IMG/VR virus record: IMGVR_UViG_3300045988_057526
Span: 1-43,869 of that record
Length of the DNA: 43,869 bases
Strand: one strand, 5' to 3'
DNA from: a virus
In this document: positions 32,204-40,830 of the stretch, one piece after another
Numbering within the stretch: position 1 is the stretch's first letter
Layout: each line of letters starts with the position of its first letter
The notes under the pieces: model-generated
Databases searched by the model: none
What the model was told of the DNA's origin: nothing
The model's input: only the letters and a program-made list of their open reading frames with translations
Position numbers and translations under genes: made by a program

Positions 32204-32982
32204 CTTTTATACCTCGTCACTGAATTTACAATTAGTTCGACCTCGGACTGCGGGAGAGGGGGCTTGCAGGCTTGGGAGTTGGCATACAACAGCTCTTTGT
32301 AAATCTCTGCTTTGGTGTATCCTTGGTTATGGAGCTGACCCGCCAGAGAAGTCAGGCTGAGGTTCCGACTTCCCGGTGTGATAGGCGGGTATTCGGGCTT
32401 TAACCTCAGCTTGCCGTTTTCAGGGCGGCGGTAGATGGGAGAATAGATACGCTGAGGGGCAACCGTACCTGAGCTACTTTCCTTCGGTGTGTCGGGAAAA
32501 TACTTCTCGATCACATAATCAATCGCTGACTGATTTTCAACGATCTCGGAGAAGATCAAAACCTTGCCGGTCATGATGAAGTACCGATTGCTCTTGTAAA
32601 TCTCCACGGCGGCACGGTTGTTCTTGCCCTTAAAAGGCAGCTCACCACGAACGAGAATATGAACCCCTCTACCGCTTCTGGACTTTTCCGTGTAGGAGTG
32701 GCAACGACCGATAATGTCAGCCGCCAGCGGGTTCAGAAGCCCGTCAGTAAAGCCATCGTCAATGTCGATACCGATTATCCCGTTGTCATGAAATACATAG
32801 CCAAGACCATCATAGTAGCCATGCTGGACATTGTGTTCAGCGTCAATGTAATTTGACCATGTATCAGGATTAGAGGAAGAAGCTGCTTTTCTGACGGTGG
32901 CCTGCATGGGAACTTTCGATCCGTTCCACACATTGACCCATGCCTTTTCCGCTCGAAGTTCAGCGGGTATATTCTCATACAT
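32200..32982 (-). CDS. Archaeo-eukaryotic-type primase-polymerase (prim-pol) domain protein
   Basis: GAGGTGG ribosome-binding site before ATG 32982. MYENIPAELRAEKAWVNVW, GIDIDD, SRSGRGVHILV and AVEIYKSNRYFIMTG. Confidence 0.7.
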   Translation of the reverse strand: MYENIPAELRAEKAWVNVWNGSKVPMQATVRKAASSSNPDTWSNYIDAEHNVQHGYYDGLGYVFHDNGIIGIDIDDGFTDGLLNPLAADIIGRCHSYTEKSRSGRGVHILVRGELPFKGKNNRAAVEIYKSNRYFIMTGKVLIFSEIVENQSAIDYVIEKYFPDTPKESSSGTVAPQRIYSPIYRRPENGKLRLKPEYPPITPGSRNLSLTSLAGQLHNQGYTKAEIYKELLYANSQACKPPLPQSEVELIVNSVTRYKR

Positions 32983-32992
32983 TGTTGCCACC

Positions 32993-33538
32993 TCAGCTTT
33001 CATACGGGCTGGGCAAAGACCAGTCCCATCTATCACCGCCACGGTAGGCGTTGCGGAAGTGGTTTCTCTCGCCATCGCCAGAGAACCATAAGTAATCCGC
33101 AGGGAGGACACGACCAACCTCAACCTGACCTTCTCTCTCTGCATACCAGCGGGATAACACATCTATACAGAGAGTAATCAAATCGTCATCGATCGGATTT
33201 TTCGCATTGTACCCTACGAATTGTCTGGGTGCAGTCACGACCGTTATAATATCGCCGTAGCCATGATCGACACGGTTGAGCACACACCACACACAAGCAG
33301 CTTTCTCAGCGTCAGAGTTGACCCCTCTGGCTTCTCCCCATAGCATTCTCGCCAGTACAATCACTTCCTCGTCTGTCCACCGCTGAGGCGTCACCTCCGG
33401 CTTTGACTCCGGGGTGACTACCTCTACCACCTCGACAACGGGAGAAGGTTCTTCAACCTCAACCGTGGGCATTTTCCAACAGAGAACGGTGACAATGATG
33501 ACGAACCATAGGGAGATTGTAATGGTTAGCTCTCGCAA
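32993..33538 (-). CDS. SleB-like cell wall hydrolase with an N-terminal membrane anchor
   Basis: ITISLWFVIIVTVLCW anchor, Pro/Glu/Val linker, then LARMLWGEARGVNSDAEKAACVWCVLNRV...APRQFVGY. TTG start is uncertain. Confidence 0.6.
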   Translation of the reverse strand: MRELTITISLWFVIIVTVLCWKMPTVEVEEPSPVVEVVEVVTPESKPEVTPQRWTDEEVIVLARMLWGEARGVNSDAEKAACVWCVLNRVDHGYGDIITVVTAPRQFVGYNAKNPIDDDLITLCIDVLSRWYAEREGQVEVGRVLPADYLWFSGDGERNHFRNAYRGGDRWDWSLPSPYES

Positions 33539-33756
33539 GGAGTCTTAGCCTTGCTGGACTTGGGCTTTGTCGAGGTTCCAGCAAAATAGAACTTGTCATC
33601 TACGCAGATGGGGAAATCGGGAAAGAGCTTGCTGGCAGTCTGAGTTTCACGAGAGCAAATCTGCTCTGCCGCCGCCAGCGACATTTCATCTTTCACGAAG
33701 TCCTTTCCGGCAGCCATGATATACGGCACTTTGCCGTCAATGCTTTTCAGTTTCAT
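33526..33756 (-). CDS. Hypothetical protein (76 aa)
   Basis: AAAGGAGAG ribosome-binding site before ATG 33756. Confidence 0.5.
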   Translation of the reverse strand: MKLKSIDGKVPYIMAAGKDFVKDEMSLAAAEQICSRETQTASKLFPDFPICVDDKFYFAGTSTKPKSSKAKTPCES

Positions 33757-34087
33757 TAGGTTCTCTCCTTTCACGGTTCCATGCTTCAACATCAACGCCG
33801 ATACGCTTCAACATTTCTTTGCAGAGCCATGTGTAATCGTTCGGCATCTGATAATACTGAATAAGGCGGTCATGCTCGGCGGAGAAAGCGTCATAGAATT
33901 CCCGCAGGCGCTTCTTGCCGAAACCAAGGTGAACATGGAGGGTGTAAAGCACCATAGCGTCAATGTCATCGGCGTACCGTCTGTCGGCTTCCACGACCTG
34001 ACGATTGATTTCCATTTCCATTGCTTTCTTCTCGGCGGCAGTTAAGACCGCACCAAACACCTTGCCGCCAGCTTTCTTAATCCTCAT
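33737..34087 (-). CDS. Hypothetical protein (116 aa)
   Basis: ATGA overlap with the thyX stop. Confidence 0.5.
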   Translation of the reverse strand: MRIKKAGGKVFGAVLTAAEKKAMEMEINRQVVEADRRYADDIDAMVLYTLHVHLGFGKKRLREFYDAFSAEHDRLIQYYQMPNDYTWLCKEMLKRIGVDVEAWNRERREPNETEKH

Positions 34088-34707
34088 ACTTCAATGTCCT
34101 CGAAGAAGACGGGATAGGTCTGTTTCAACAGGGTCAGGAGCATATTTGCAACGACCCGCATATCGGGGTGAGCCACTGCGGGGCAACGCATACGGCAGAA
34201 ATGCCGCCATTCTCTGATATCGGCGGTCATGACCACCTCGGTTTTTAGGCTGTTCGGAAGGACAGATCGAGCTTCCTGCGGGCTGCAACCCTCGTTCAGC
34301 AGATCGAAGTAGGCAACCTCGGCGTTCTTGCACGACCGCTTCCAGATACGGTAGGGGGAGTCGGTGTCGGCAAAAGTGCAAGGACGAACGACGGTGATCT
34401 CGCCACCGAAGCCCGCTTTACCATAATTGCAGTACCGAGTGGACTCCTGACAGAACGCAGCCAGACGGTGACGGACGATCTCGTGGCTCACGCCCCGGTC
34501 ACAGATAAAGCGGACGGTGAGAGAGCCATGCTCAATGACCGCTTCATGACCCCGGTTGATAATGCCCCGGACGAACTTCTCCGCGCTTCCGTCCGTGATT
34601 TTGTCCTCGGACTTGTAGCAAGTACGCCCAGCAGCTTCGATGGTGGTCAGAAGGGTCTTATAATCGGGAGCGTTGATAAGCTCCACAGAAGGTTCGATGA
34701 TTTTCAT
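34084..34707 (-). CDS. thyX: FAD-dependent thymidylate synthase ThyX
   Basis: SHEIVRHRLAAFCQESTRY fits the RHR-x7-S ThyX motif. 207 aa. Confidence 0.85.
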   Translation of the reverse strand: MKIIEPSVELINAPDYKTLLTTIEAAGRTCYKSEDKITDGSAEKFVRGIINRGHEAVIEHGSLTVRFICDRGVSHEIVRHRLAAFCQESTRYCNYGKAGFGGEITVVRPCTFADTDSPYRIWKRSCKNAEVAYFDLLNEGCSPQEARSVLPNSLKTEVVMTADIREWRHFCRMRCPAVAHPDMRVVANMLLTLLKQTYPVFFEDIEV

Positions 34708-35497
34708 ACTCTTGCTCCTTTTCTTCGAGTTTTTTTAACCACTTGGTTTTGATGATATTTTCCAAGTAATCAGCATTGTACTTCGGATTGGAAGAAATTA
34801 CAGAGAATGGTCTACCAAGCTCACATTCTCTCCACTTCTCGGTTTCCCGCATTTTCTCGATCATGTACTGGAAATGGTCGGGATAATATTTATAGAGATA
34901 GGCATAATTGAGATACGAGGAAATAGGGCAGTACATACACCCGCAACGCTTATTGGTTTCGTAGAAGTGGTTGAAAATCGGCTGTGTTTTCGCCCACTCC
35001 CATATTCCGTCCTCGGTAATACCGTTTTCCGCAAGAGGGTATCTTTCTACTTTTTGAGCGGTAAGGCGCTTGTTAAAACGGCGTTCTTCGTCCGCACAGT
35101 AGCCGATGTAATGCACAACATAGAACCCAATGGAGTTCAACCACTTCGAGAGCTGCCGCTTTGCGTCTAACTTGTAGGCGCTGTTGCACCACCTCGCAGT
35201 CCGTGTCGGGAAACCGTAGTAGCGTCCCGTTTTCGGGCTTATATTGTAGAACCATTCCTCCCATGTCCTTCGGGGTTTAATCCGTACAAAGCGGATACCA
35301 AACCTCTTGCACTCAGACTCCATGTAGTCAATCACATCATGGATAAACGGGTAGTCAATTTCGAGTTCAAAATGGACTACCCCGTCCAGCGGGTAGCGGT
35401 CGAGATTGTGAAGAATGTAGTTCAGCATATACAGGCTGTCCTTACCGCCAGAAACACTCGCCCAATACGAAGGGCGTAAAGCAATCTCACCGCTCAT
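34658..35497 (-). CDS. PAPS-reductase-family (PP-loop ATP pyrophosphatase) protein
   Basis: SVSGGKDS PP-loop motif. 279 aa. C-terminal Cys pair CGCMYCP. Confidence 0.7.
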   Translation of the reverse strand: MSGEIALRPSYWASVSGGKDSLYMLNYILHNLDRYPLDGVVHFELEIDYPFIHDVIDYMESECKRFGIRFVRIKPRRTWEEWFYNISPKTGRYYGFPTRTARWCNSAYKLDAKRQLSKWLNSIGFYVVHYIGYCADEERRFNKRLTAQKVERYPLAENGITEDGIWEWAKTQPIFNHFYETNKRCGCMYCPISSYLNYAYLYKYYPDHFQYMIEKMRETEKWRECELGRPFSVISSNPKYNADYLENIIKTKWLKKLEEKEQEYENHRTFCGAYQRSRL

Positions 35498-35499
35498 AT

Positions 35500-36084
35500 T
35501 CAGACACCCGCAACATGGCTTGCCAGCATATCGGCTTGGTGTGTCCACAGCACATTCGGGTAATTGCGAACTGCACGGGTGTAGTCATTCCACTCGTCCT
35601 TATCGGTGAAAGCGCCCATGTGATAGCGGATACACATGATTTCTTCATCAGTCAGTGTGTAGAACTGAGAGAGAAGCATGACGGACTTATCGCCGTGACC
35701 TTTCAGGAGGGTGTTGGGGTTGTACTCCCATTTGAATGAGTCCATGACAGTCATACCGTCTACAGTCAAGCAACTTGCCGGGTGACGGTACTGGTCGATC
35801 TTGCACAGGTCATGGAACATACCCACGATGTAAGGAGAGCGAGGATTCTTCCATGTCAGGTGATTGTCCTCGGTGAGTTGGACAAGGAACTTCGCTACTG
35901 CAAAGGAATGGTCAAACAAGCCACCTTCATAATTCCCGTGATATTTTGTAGATGCCGGGGCAGTAAAGAAGTGGTTTAATGAAAGATACTTCAACATATC
36001 AGGTGAAACCAAATCTTCATCGCCAGAAGATGCCATGAAATCTACGAAGTCGGGGACAGTGTTTCCCCATTTGTTGTCAGGCAT
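35500..36084 (-). CDS. HD-domain phosphohydrolase
   Basis: YHGNYEGGLFDHS, MFHDLCK and GHGDKS. Confidence 0.7.
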   Translation of the reverse strand: MPDNKWGNTVPDFVDFMASSGDEDLVSPDMLKYLSLNHFFTAPASTKYHGNYEGGLFDHSFAVAKFLVQLTEDNHLTWKNPRSPYIVGMFHDLCKIDQYRHPASCLTVDGMTVMDSFKWEYNPNTLLKGHGDKSVMLLSQFYTLTDEEIMCIRYHMGAFTDKDEWNDYTRAVRNYPNVLWTHQADMLASHVAGV

Positions 36085-36415
36085 TTTCGTATTCCTTTCT
36101 GTGGATACTCTTTTCGCTGTCGAACCCGTCAGGGTAACGCTCTTTGAGCTTATTGATGTTGTACTGTGCAACAACATCTAAGCCCACATCTAAGCCGGTT
36201 GCCAACTGTGCGGCGTACCAGAGAACATCACCCAGCTCGTCAATGAGCTTTTCACGGTCAAGGTCGTGACCCTGAAACAAGGATTTTTTCACGAGGTCGA
36301 TACACTCACCCGCTTCGCCACATAGACCCATGACCCCATTTTCGATAAGACCCTGATTGGTCAGCTCATGGTTGGTCGTTCGATAGGCGAGTACCTGATA
36401 TTCATTCAGTGTCAT
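36077..36415 (-). CDS. MazG-like nucleoside triphosphate pyrophosphohydrolase
   Basis: GLCGEAGECIDLVKK...DELGDVLWYAAQLA. Confidence 0.75.
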   Translation of the reverse strand: MTLNEYQVLAYRTTNHELTNQGLIENGVMGLCGEAGECIDLVKKSLFQGHDLDREKLIDELGDVLWYAAQLATGLDVGLDVVAQYNINKLKERYPDGFDSEKSIHRKEYENA

Positions 36416-36707
36416 CAGTGACCTCCATTTCCAGCACAGTCATAATGGCGTAATTGGCGAGATCAATCAGGGTGTCTCGGATAGACTCGTCATTGACCTT
36501 CTGCCCGCCGCCACGGGAGAGGGTCTTAAAGCGGCTGAACTTATCTCCCAACCGAATACGAGCCATCGCCATTCCTTCTTCTACAAAGGTCTGGTGGAAG
36601 CTGTCACCGTAGTCATGGTTCTTACGCTCGTAAAGATCGTTGATTTCCTTGCAGATTTCAGCGTGGCGCTGAACCTTGGAGAGCGAACAAATATAGGCTT
36701 CTGCCAT
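36402..36707 (-). CDS. DUF1599-like protein (nucleotide-modification-associated helical domain, from memory)
   Basis: LYERKNHDYGDSF...ARIRLGDKFSRFKTL...DTLIDLANYAIM. Confidence 0.5.
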   Translation of the reverse strand: MAEAYICSLSKVQRHAEICKEINDLYERKNHDYGDSFHQTFVEEGMAMARIRLGDKFSRFKTLSRGGGQKVNDESIRDTLIDLANYAIMTVLEMEVTDDTE

Positions 36708-36751
36708 TGTAGCTTATCCTCACTTTCAACATAGTTTTCAACATACCATTG

Positions 36752-36786
36752 GCGAGGGAGAGCGTTTTATTTTAGCCCTCCCTCGC
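36752..36786. other. 9-bp perfect inverted repeat GCGAGGGAG / CTCCCTCGC with a 17-nt loop, intergenic
   Basis: Seen directly. There is no T-run on either strand. Confidence 0.5.
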
Positions 36787-36794
36787 ACTCGCTA

Positions 36795-37277
36795 TTAGCC
36801 AAGGAGAGCTGTCAAATCCATCGGAGTCTTAGGAGCGGCCTGAGAAGCCGCAGGAGCGGTTTCAACAGCAGTGGCGGCAACCGTATTGCCGGAGCCGCTC
36901 CATCCCTCAGAGGGGCGTTTATCAGCCAGACGGACGAAGGTAATGCTCTGTCCGGGCTTCCTCTTGTTCTCCTGAACATCATGTTCCACATCGCACTCGA
37001 TGAAGTGACCAATCAGGTCGGTGTGGTCGATCTCGGTCAGGTCGAAATTGTTGAGGGCGGTCTTGGCGAAGTAGCTGAAAGCGTTGTATGCACCCTCGTT
37101 GGGAGAGCCATCAGATTTCAGCAGCGAGAAACGCTCGATGTGCTTACTGCCGGTCTGCGTCTGCATATAAACTTCCAACTTGCCGAAGTCTTCCTTGTAC
37201 TTCACATCGGTAATCTGGAAGACATGAGTACCTTCAGGAATGAGGGTAAAACCCTCGGTGAGTCCGATTTTAGCCAT
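36795..37277 (-). CDS. DUF669-like putative ssDNA-binding protein
   Basis: MAKIGLTEGFTLIPEGTHVFQITDVKY... Disordered tail rich in Ala, Thr and Pro. Lies next to the ERF and exonuclease genes. Confidence 0.5.
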   Translation of the reverse strand: MAKIGLTEGFTLIPEGTHVFQITDVKYKEDFGKLEVYMQTQTGSKHIERFSLLKSDGSPNEGAYNAFSYFAKTALNNFDLTEIDHTDLIGHFIECDVEHDVQENKRKPGQSITFVRLADKRPSEGWSGSGNTVAATAVETAPAASQAAPKTPMDLTALLG

Positions 37278-37785
37278 TGTTTTTGTCCTCCTTCATGGTG
37301 TAGAAATTGAGCTGTTCTGTGTACTCGCAGGGGAAGATGATGCCAACCAACTGATCTTCGTCATCGGGGTACTCGGCGTACTGCTTGACCAGCAGGGCTT
37401 TCGGTACGCTCTTATCGCTTTCCAGATCGTAAGCATACAAAATTTCGCAGAAGTCAGACTTCTCGATCAGCGACCAGTCATCGTTGGTGATGGGAAGGGT
37501 CATGGCACTATCCTGCGTAGCGAAGATACGGACACAATCCTTGATTGCGCCGTCCGGCTCAGGCATGATTGCCTTGACCAGCTCGGCATACTCGGTGCAA
37601 CCGACCTGAGAGATCAGGCGACCAATGCCGTCAGGCATTTTCTCGTTGCTGTACCCGGTCACGCTGCGGATACCACCGGGAATGAGCATAAGTACGGACG
37701 GGGAAGCAAGCCAGCGTTCGCCCATGTACTCGTAGATAGCGCCACCATCAGGGGCGAGGGACTTCACGAACTTGGAAAATTTCAT
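37270..37785 (-). CDS. Hypothetical protein (171 aa)
   Basis: GAAGGAGG ribosome-binding site before ATG 37785. Confidence 0.5.
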   Translation of the reverse strand: MKFSKFVKSLAPDGGAIYEYMGERWLASPSVLMLIPGGIRSVTGYSNEKMPDGIGRLISQVGCTEYAELVKAIMPEPDGAIKDCVRIFATQDSAMTLPITNDDWSLIEKSDFCEILYAYDLESDKSVPKALLVKQYAEYPDDEDQLVGIIFPCEYTEQLNFYTMKEDKNNG

Positions 37786-37787
37786 AA

Positions 37788-37985
37788 TTAAACCTCCTTC
37801 AAGGCTTGATTTAATCGTAAGCAAATGCCTACATGATAGGCAATGCACTTTTCACCCACGCACGGATAGAACTCCTGCGTGGTGCAATCATTTGAACCAA
37901 CCACCATGCCCTTATGTTCTTCCGCGAAAATGCGATAAGGGCAAAGTTTGAAATTACTTTTTTCATCAAGGCAATTTGCGTTCAC
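37788..37985 (-). CDS. Cys-rich small protein (65 aa, GTG start)
   Basis: Cys residues in NANCLDE, FKLCPY, SNDCTTQEFYPCVGEKCIAYHVGIC. Confidence 0.4.
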   Translation of the reverse strand: MNANCLDEKSNFKLCPYRIFAEEHKGMVVGSNDCTTQEFYPCVGEKCIAYHVGICLRLNQALKEV

Positions 37986-38138
37986 GAGTCAATCCTTCTT
38001 TTAGGCATAGCCTTTATCCATTTTTTAATTTTCCAAAAGGTCAGAACTGAAGGGCAAGTGGCAACCCATCGTTCAAATTCGGCGGCAAATTCCAAGCGCT
38101 CATTTAACCGTTTCCGGTGTTCCCGTTTCTCACTCAAA

Positions 38139-39185
38139 TCAATCACCAACTTTCAGCGCTTTCGGGGAAATGCGGTAGCTGTCCTCGGTGGTCGTGTACT
38201 TCGCCAGAATGCCGTCCGTTTTCATAGCGTCCTTGTCGATCTTCGTGGTGGAAGTACGGCTGACTTCCCAATTATAGGCGGAGCCAGCGATAGATACCTT
38301 CTTGTCGCCGTCGCGGAACTGAGCGATTGCGGCTTTCTTAATCATGTCGGCCAAGACCTTGTACCGCTTCTCGTCCTCGGCCACCTCAGCGGCGTGAGCA
38401 TCCAGCTTGGCTTTCAGGTCTTCGGCTTCCTTGACCAGTGCTGCCATGTCCGTTTCGGGGGACAGATTGTTGGTGCGGAGGGCTTTCAGGATTTCAGCGT
38501 CCTTGCGCTCGTCAAAGGCGGGGGAAATGCCGCTCTCAACGAAGTCCTTCCACCATTTCAGGGCAGGCTTTACATACTTCTTCTCGAAGTCAGGATACCG
38601 CTCAGACACCTTAAAGGGACGGGTGATGGTATTCTCACCGCTGCACACGAACTTCTCAGGATTGTCGTAATCCTTGGGTTCAAGGAAGGAAGCGACCATG
38701 ATGACCTCGTCCACGCCGAGAAGGTAAGCGTACAACGCCGCCTGCAAAGCGTAATACTCAGGAATATCGTCCTTCCAGTCCTCGACACGCTTGGAAGTCT
38801 TCATTTCGAGGACGGTGGTGGGCTTGCCATCTTTGCCATAGAGCAAGTAGTCCCACATACCGCCGAGAACGGGGCTTTCCTTAAAGAAGTCACCGTAGGT
38901 CTGACGGAAGTAGTCTTTGCCCCAAATGTCGGTCGGTGTGACCAGATTGCTCATGAAGTAGGTCTGCTTCATGTACTCGGCCTGCTTAGGCTCGATGGTC
39001 TTACCAGCGATGGTGTAGATCGTGTCCTCGAACGGCTTCTGATAGGTGCGAGTTACTTCGCACCAAATCTCGAACGGCGTAGACCACGGGTTCAGACCAA
39101 GGATAGTGGCAAAGCGAGTACCAGTCAGCTTCTTAGGACGCTTGGGAGGGATAATCTGGATTTTGTTGCCGTCAAGCCATTCCAT
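38139..39185 (-). CDS. YqaJ/lambda-Exo-like recombination exonuclease (PD-(D/E)XK)
   Basis: KKLTGTRFATILGLNPWSTPFEIW...MWDYLLYG...VLEMKTSK. ATG 39185 has better spacing from GGAG than GTG 39191. Confidence 0.7.
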   Translation of the reverse strand: MEWLDGNKIQIIPPKRPKKLTGTRFATILGLNPWSTPFEIWCEVTRTYQKPFEDTIYTIAGKTIEPKQAEYMKQTYFMSNLVTPTDIWGKDYFRQTYGDFFKESPVLGGMWDYLLYGKDGKPTTVLEMKTSKRVEDWKDDIPEYYALQAALYAYLLGVDEVIMVASFLEPKDYDNPEKFVCSGENTITRPFKVSERYPDFEKKYVKPALKWWKDFVESGISPAFDERKDAEILKALRTNNLSPETDMAALVKEAEDLKAKLDAHAAEVAEDEKRYKVLADMIKKAAIAQFRDGDKKVSIAGSAYNWEVSRTSTTKIDKDAMKTDGILAKYTTTEDSYRISPKALKVGD

Positions 39186-39456
39186 TTTCACTTTCTCCTT
39201 TCTGCCAACTGATTTGCAGTTGGGTTTTCATTGAATTTGAATAGGGACGGAGGATTTCACAAACCTGTTGGGCAGTTCTTAAATCTCCGCACATGACCAT
39301 GAACGGGAGATCAAAACAATGCCACTTTCCCGGCTGAATGTTCTGTGCATCATCTTGTCGCATGGAGCTGAGAGTATCCCGTTCCTTCTCTTTCAGGGTA
39401 ATACCCAATCTCGCTTCAATGCTTGACATATTGAGGTTCCCAAGCATGATTGCCAT
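39172..39456 (-). CDS. Hypothetical protein (94 aa)
   Basis: AAAGGAGGGG ribosome-binding site. Confidence 0.5.
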   Translation of the reverse strand: MAIMLGNLNMSSIEARLGITLKEKERDTLSSMRQDDAQNIQPGKWHCFDLPFMVMCGDLRTAQQVCEILRPYSNSMKTQLQISWQKGESENGMA

Positions 39457-39458
39457 GA

Positions 39459-40211
39459 TTACCCCTCCTTTGTCGCTTTCATTTCGTAGCCAGCCAGCAT
39501 ATCGTTCACGCCCTCGATCAGAGCGTCACACTTGTCGGCTTCGATCTTGGAGAAGCCCTCGGTCTTCATGGCGATGGTCTGCACGAACTGTTCCTGCTCC
39601 GCATCGATATCCATGAGCTTTTTCAGCAGACTTTTCAGCGTACTGACCTGTTCCTTGGTAGCCGCACCAGCAGGAGCGCCGGTCAGTTCCTTCTTGATCT
39701 CCTGACGCCGTTCAGTGGTCACAGGGAGCTTCTTGGTGGCGGGAGCGGGTGCGGGAGTTGTGTCAAACTCGCCGCTGTCGATACTGTCATGCTCCACAAT
39801 GTCAAGAACGAGCTGCCACAGGTAGCGGCGAATGTAGGTGATGGAGCTGCCGGTCGCCTGCATTTCGTTTGTGACCTGATTGCCAGCATTGGACACGATG
39901 GGAGCGATGGGCGTGTACGGTGCAACGAAATCAATGAAGTCCTCACGGTCATTGACATTGTAGACACGAGCGGTCGCCTTGTCGCCATACATGGACGGAA
40001 CCATCATCAGACCGATTTCAAGGAAAATCTGCTCGGCCTTGGGAACAATGTCCGCCAGCTCGAAATACTTATATTCGAGCTTCATGTGCTTGCCGCTCTT
40101 GTCCACGCCAGCTTCGAGGAAGCGCACACGGGCAAGCTGCAACTTCTGGAACACATTCATGGTGGAATAGTCCACCGCCGCAGTCTCAGCGGCTTTCTTG
40201 GTAGTAGCCAT
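39459..40211 (-). CDS. ERF-family single-strand annealing protein
   Basis: AAAGGAGG ribosome-binding site before ATG 40211. NVFQKLQLARVRFLEAGVDKSGKHMKLEYKYFELADIVP...SSITYIRRYLW. Confidence 0.65.
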   Translation of the reverse strand: MATTKKAAETAAVDYSTMNVFQKLQLARVRFLEAGVDKSGKHMKLEYKYFELADIVPKAEQIFLEIGLMMVPSMYGDKATARVYNVNDREDFIDFVAPYTPIAPIVSNAGNQVTNEMQATGSSITYIRRYLWQLVLDIVEHDSIDSGEFDTTPAPAPATKKLPVTTERRQEIKKELTGAPAGAATKEQVSTLKSLLKKLMDIDAEQEQFVQTIAMKTEGFSKIEADKCDALIEGVNDMLAGYEMKATKEG

Positions 40212-40228
40212 AGTTAATAATCCTCCTT

Positions 40229-40830
40229 TTAATTGAACCACTTGATTGTGGTATTTCCGGTGAAACCTTTTTCCCAAATGTACCAAGCGTAAGCAAGCGC
40301 ACTTCCACCGCCATCACGCATCTTCTGAAACTCAGCGTTTTTCGCACACAACAGACGAGAGCTGGATACATAAATTACTTTGGGTGGACATTTCGTAAAA
40401 AGCTCTTTTCGCTTTCGACCTTCCATGAAAGTGAGCTTCAAGAACATCGCCACATGATTTCCTTCTTTTACAAGAGAGAGAGCGCTTTTTCAACGAATTG
40501 TTGTGCATACTTGTAGGGAGGATTGGTGACAATATCTCCGGGAAATGGCTCGTTGCATTGGAGAAAATCAATACCACTTTCCCCGTAACCACGATCAATC
40601 AAGTCCGTAGATTTGACCAAGTATCCGTGCTTCTCAAAAACTTCGGATAAATGCCCCTCTCCACAAGCACACTCCCAAATGTAAGGTGAAAAGCGGAATA
40701 TATCGCATAGCAGCTCCGCCGCTTTTGGCTCGGTTGCATAGAAATCATGGGTTTCACGCTCTTTTTCAGTATGATTGGACGCACCAATAGTTTTGAATGT
40801 CGATGTTCCCGTACCTGTCCAATCTTTCAT
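40229..40830 (-). pseudogene. N6-adenine DNA methyltransferase (NPPY) split by a frameshift at an (AG)5/(CT)5 repeat
   Basis: The N-terminal part (40468-40830) ends IVTNPPYKYAQQFVEKALSLL then stop. The -1 frame continues ALSLVKEGNHVAMFLKLTFMEGRKRKELF...AYAWYIWEKG to 40229. The repeat is at 40473-40482. Confidence 0.7.

Noticed and set aside
40332-40598. An 88-aa minus-strand ORF bridging the two methyltransferase halves.
   Set aside because: It is in the third frame and shows no similarity to methyltransferase motifs. It exists only because of the overlap region, and the two-halves-plus-frameshift reading explains the locus better.
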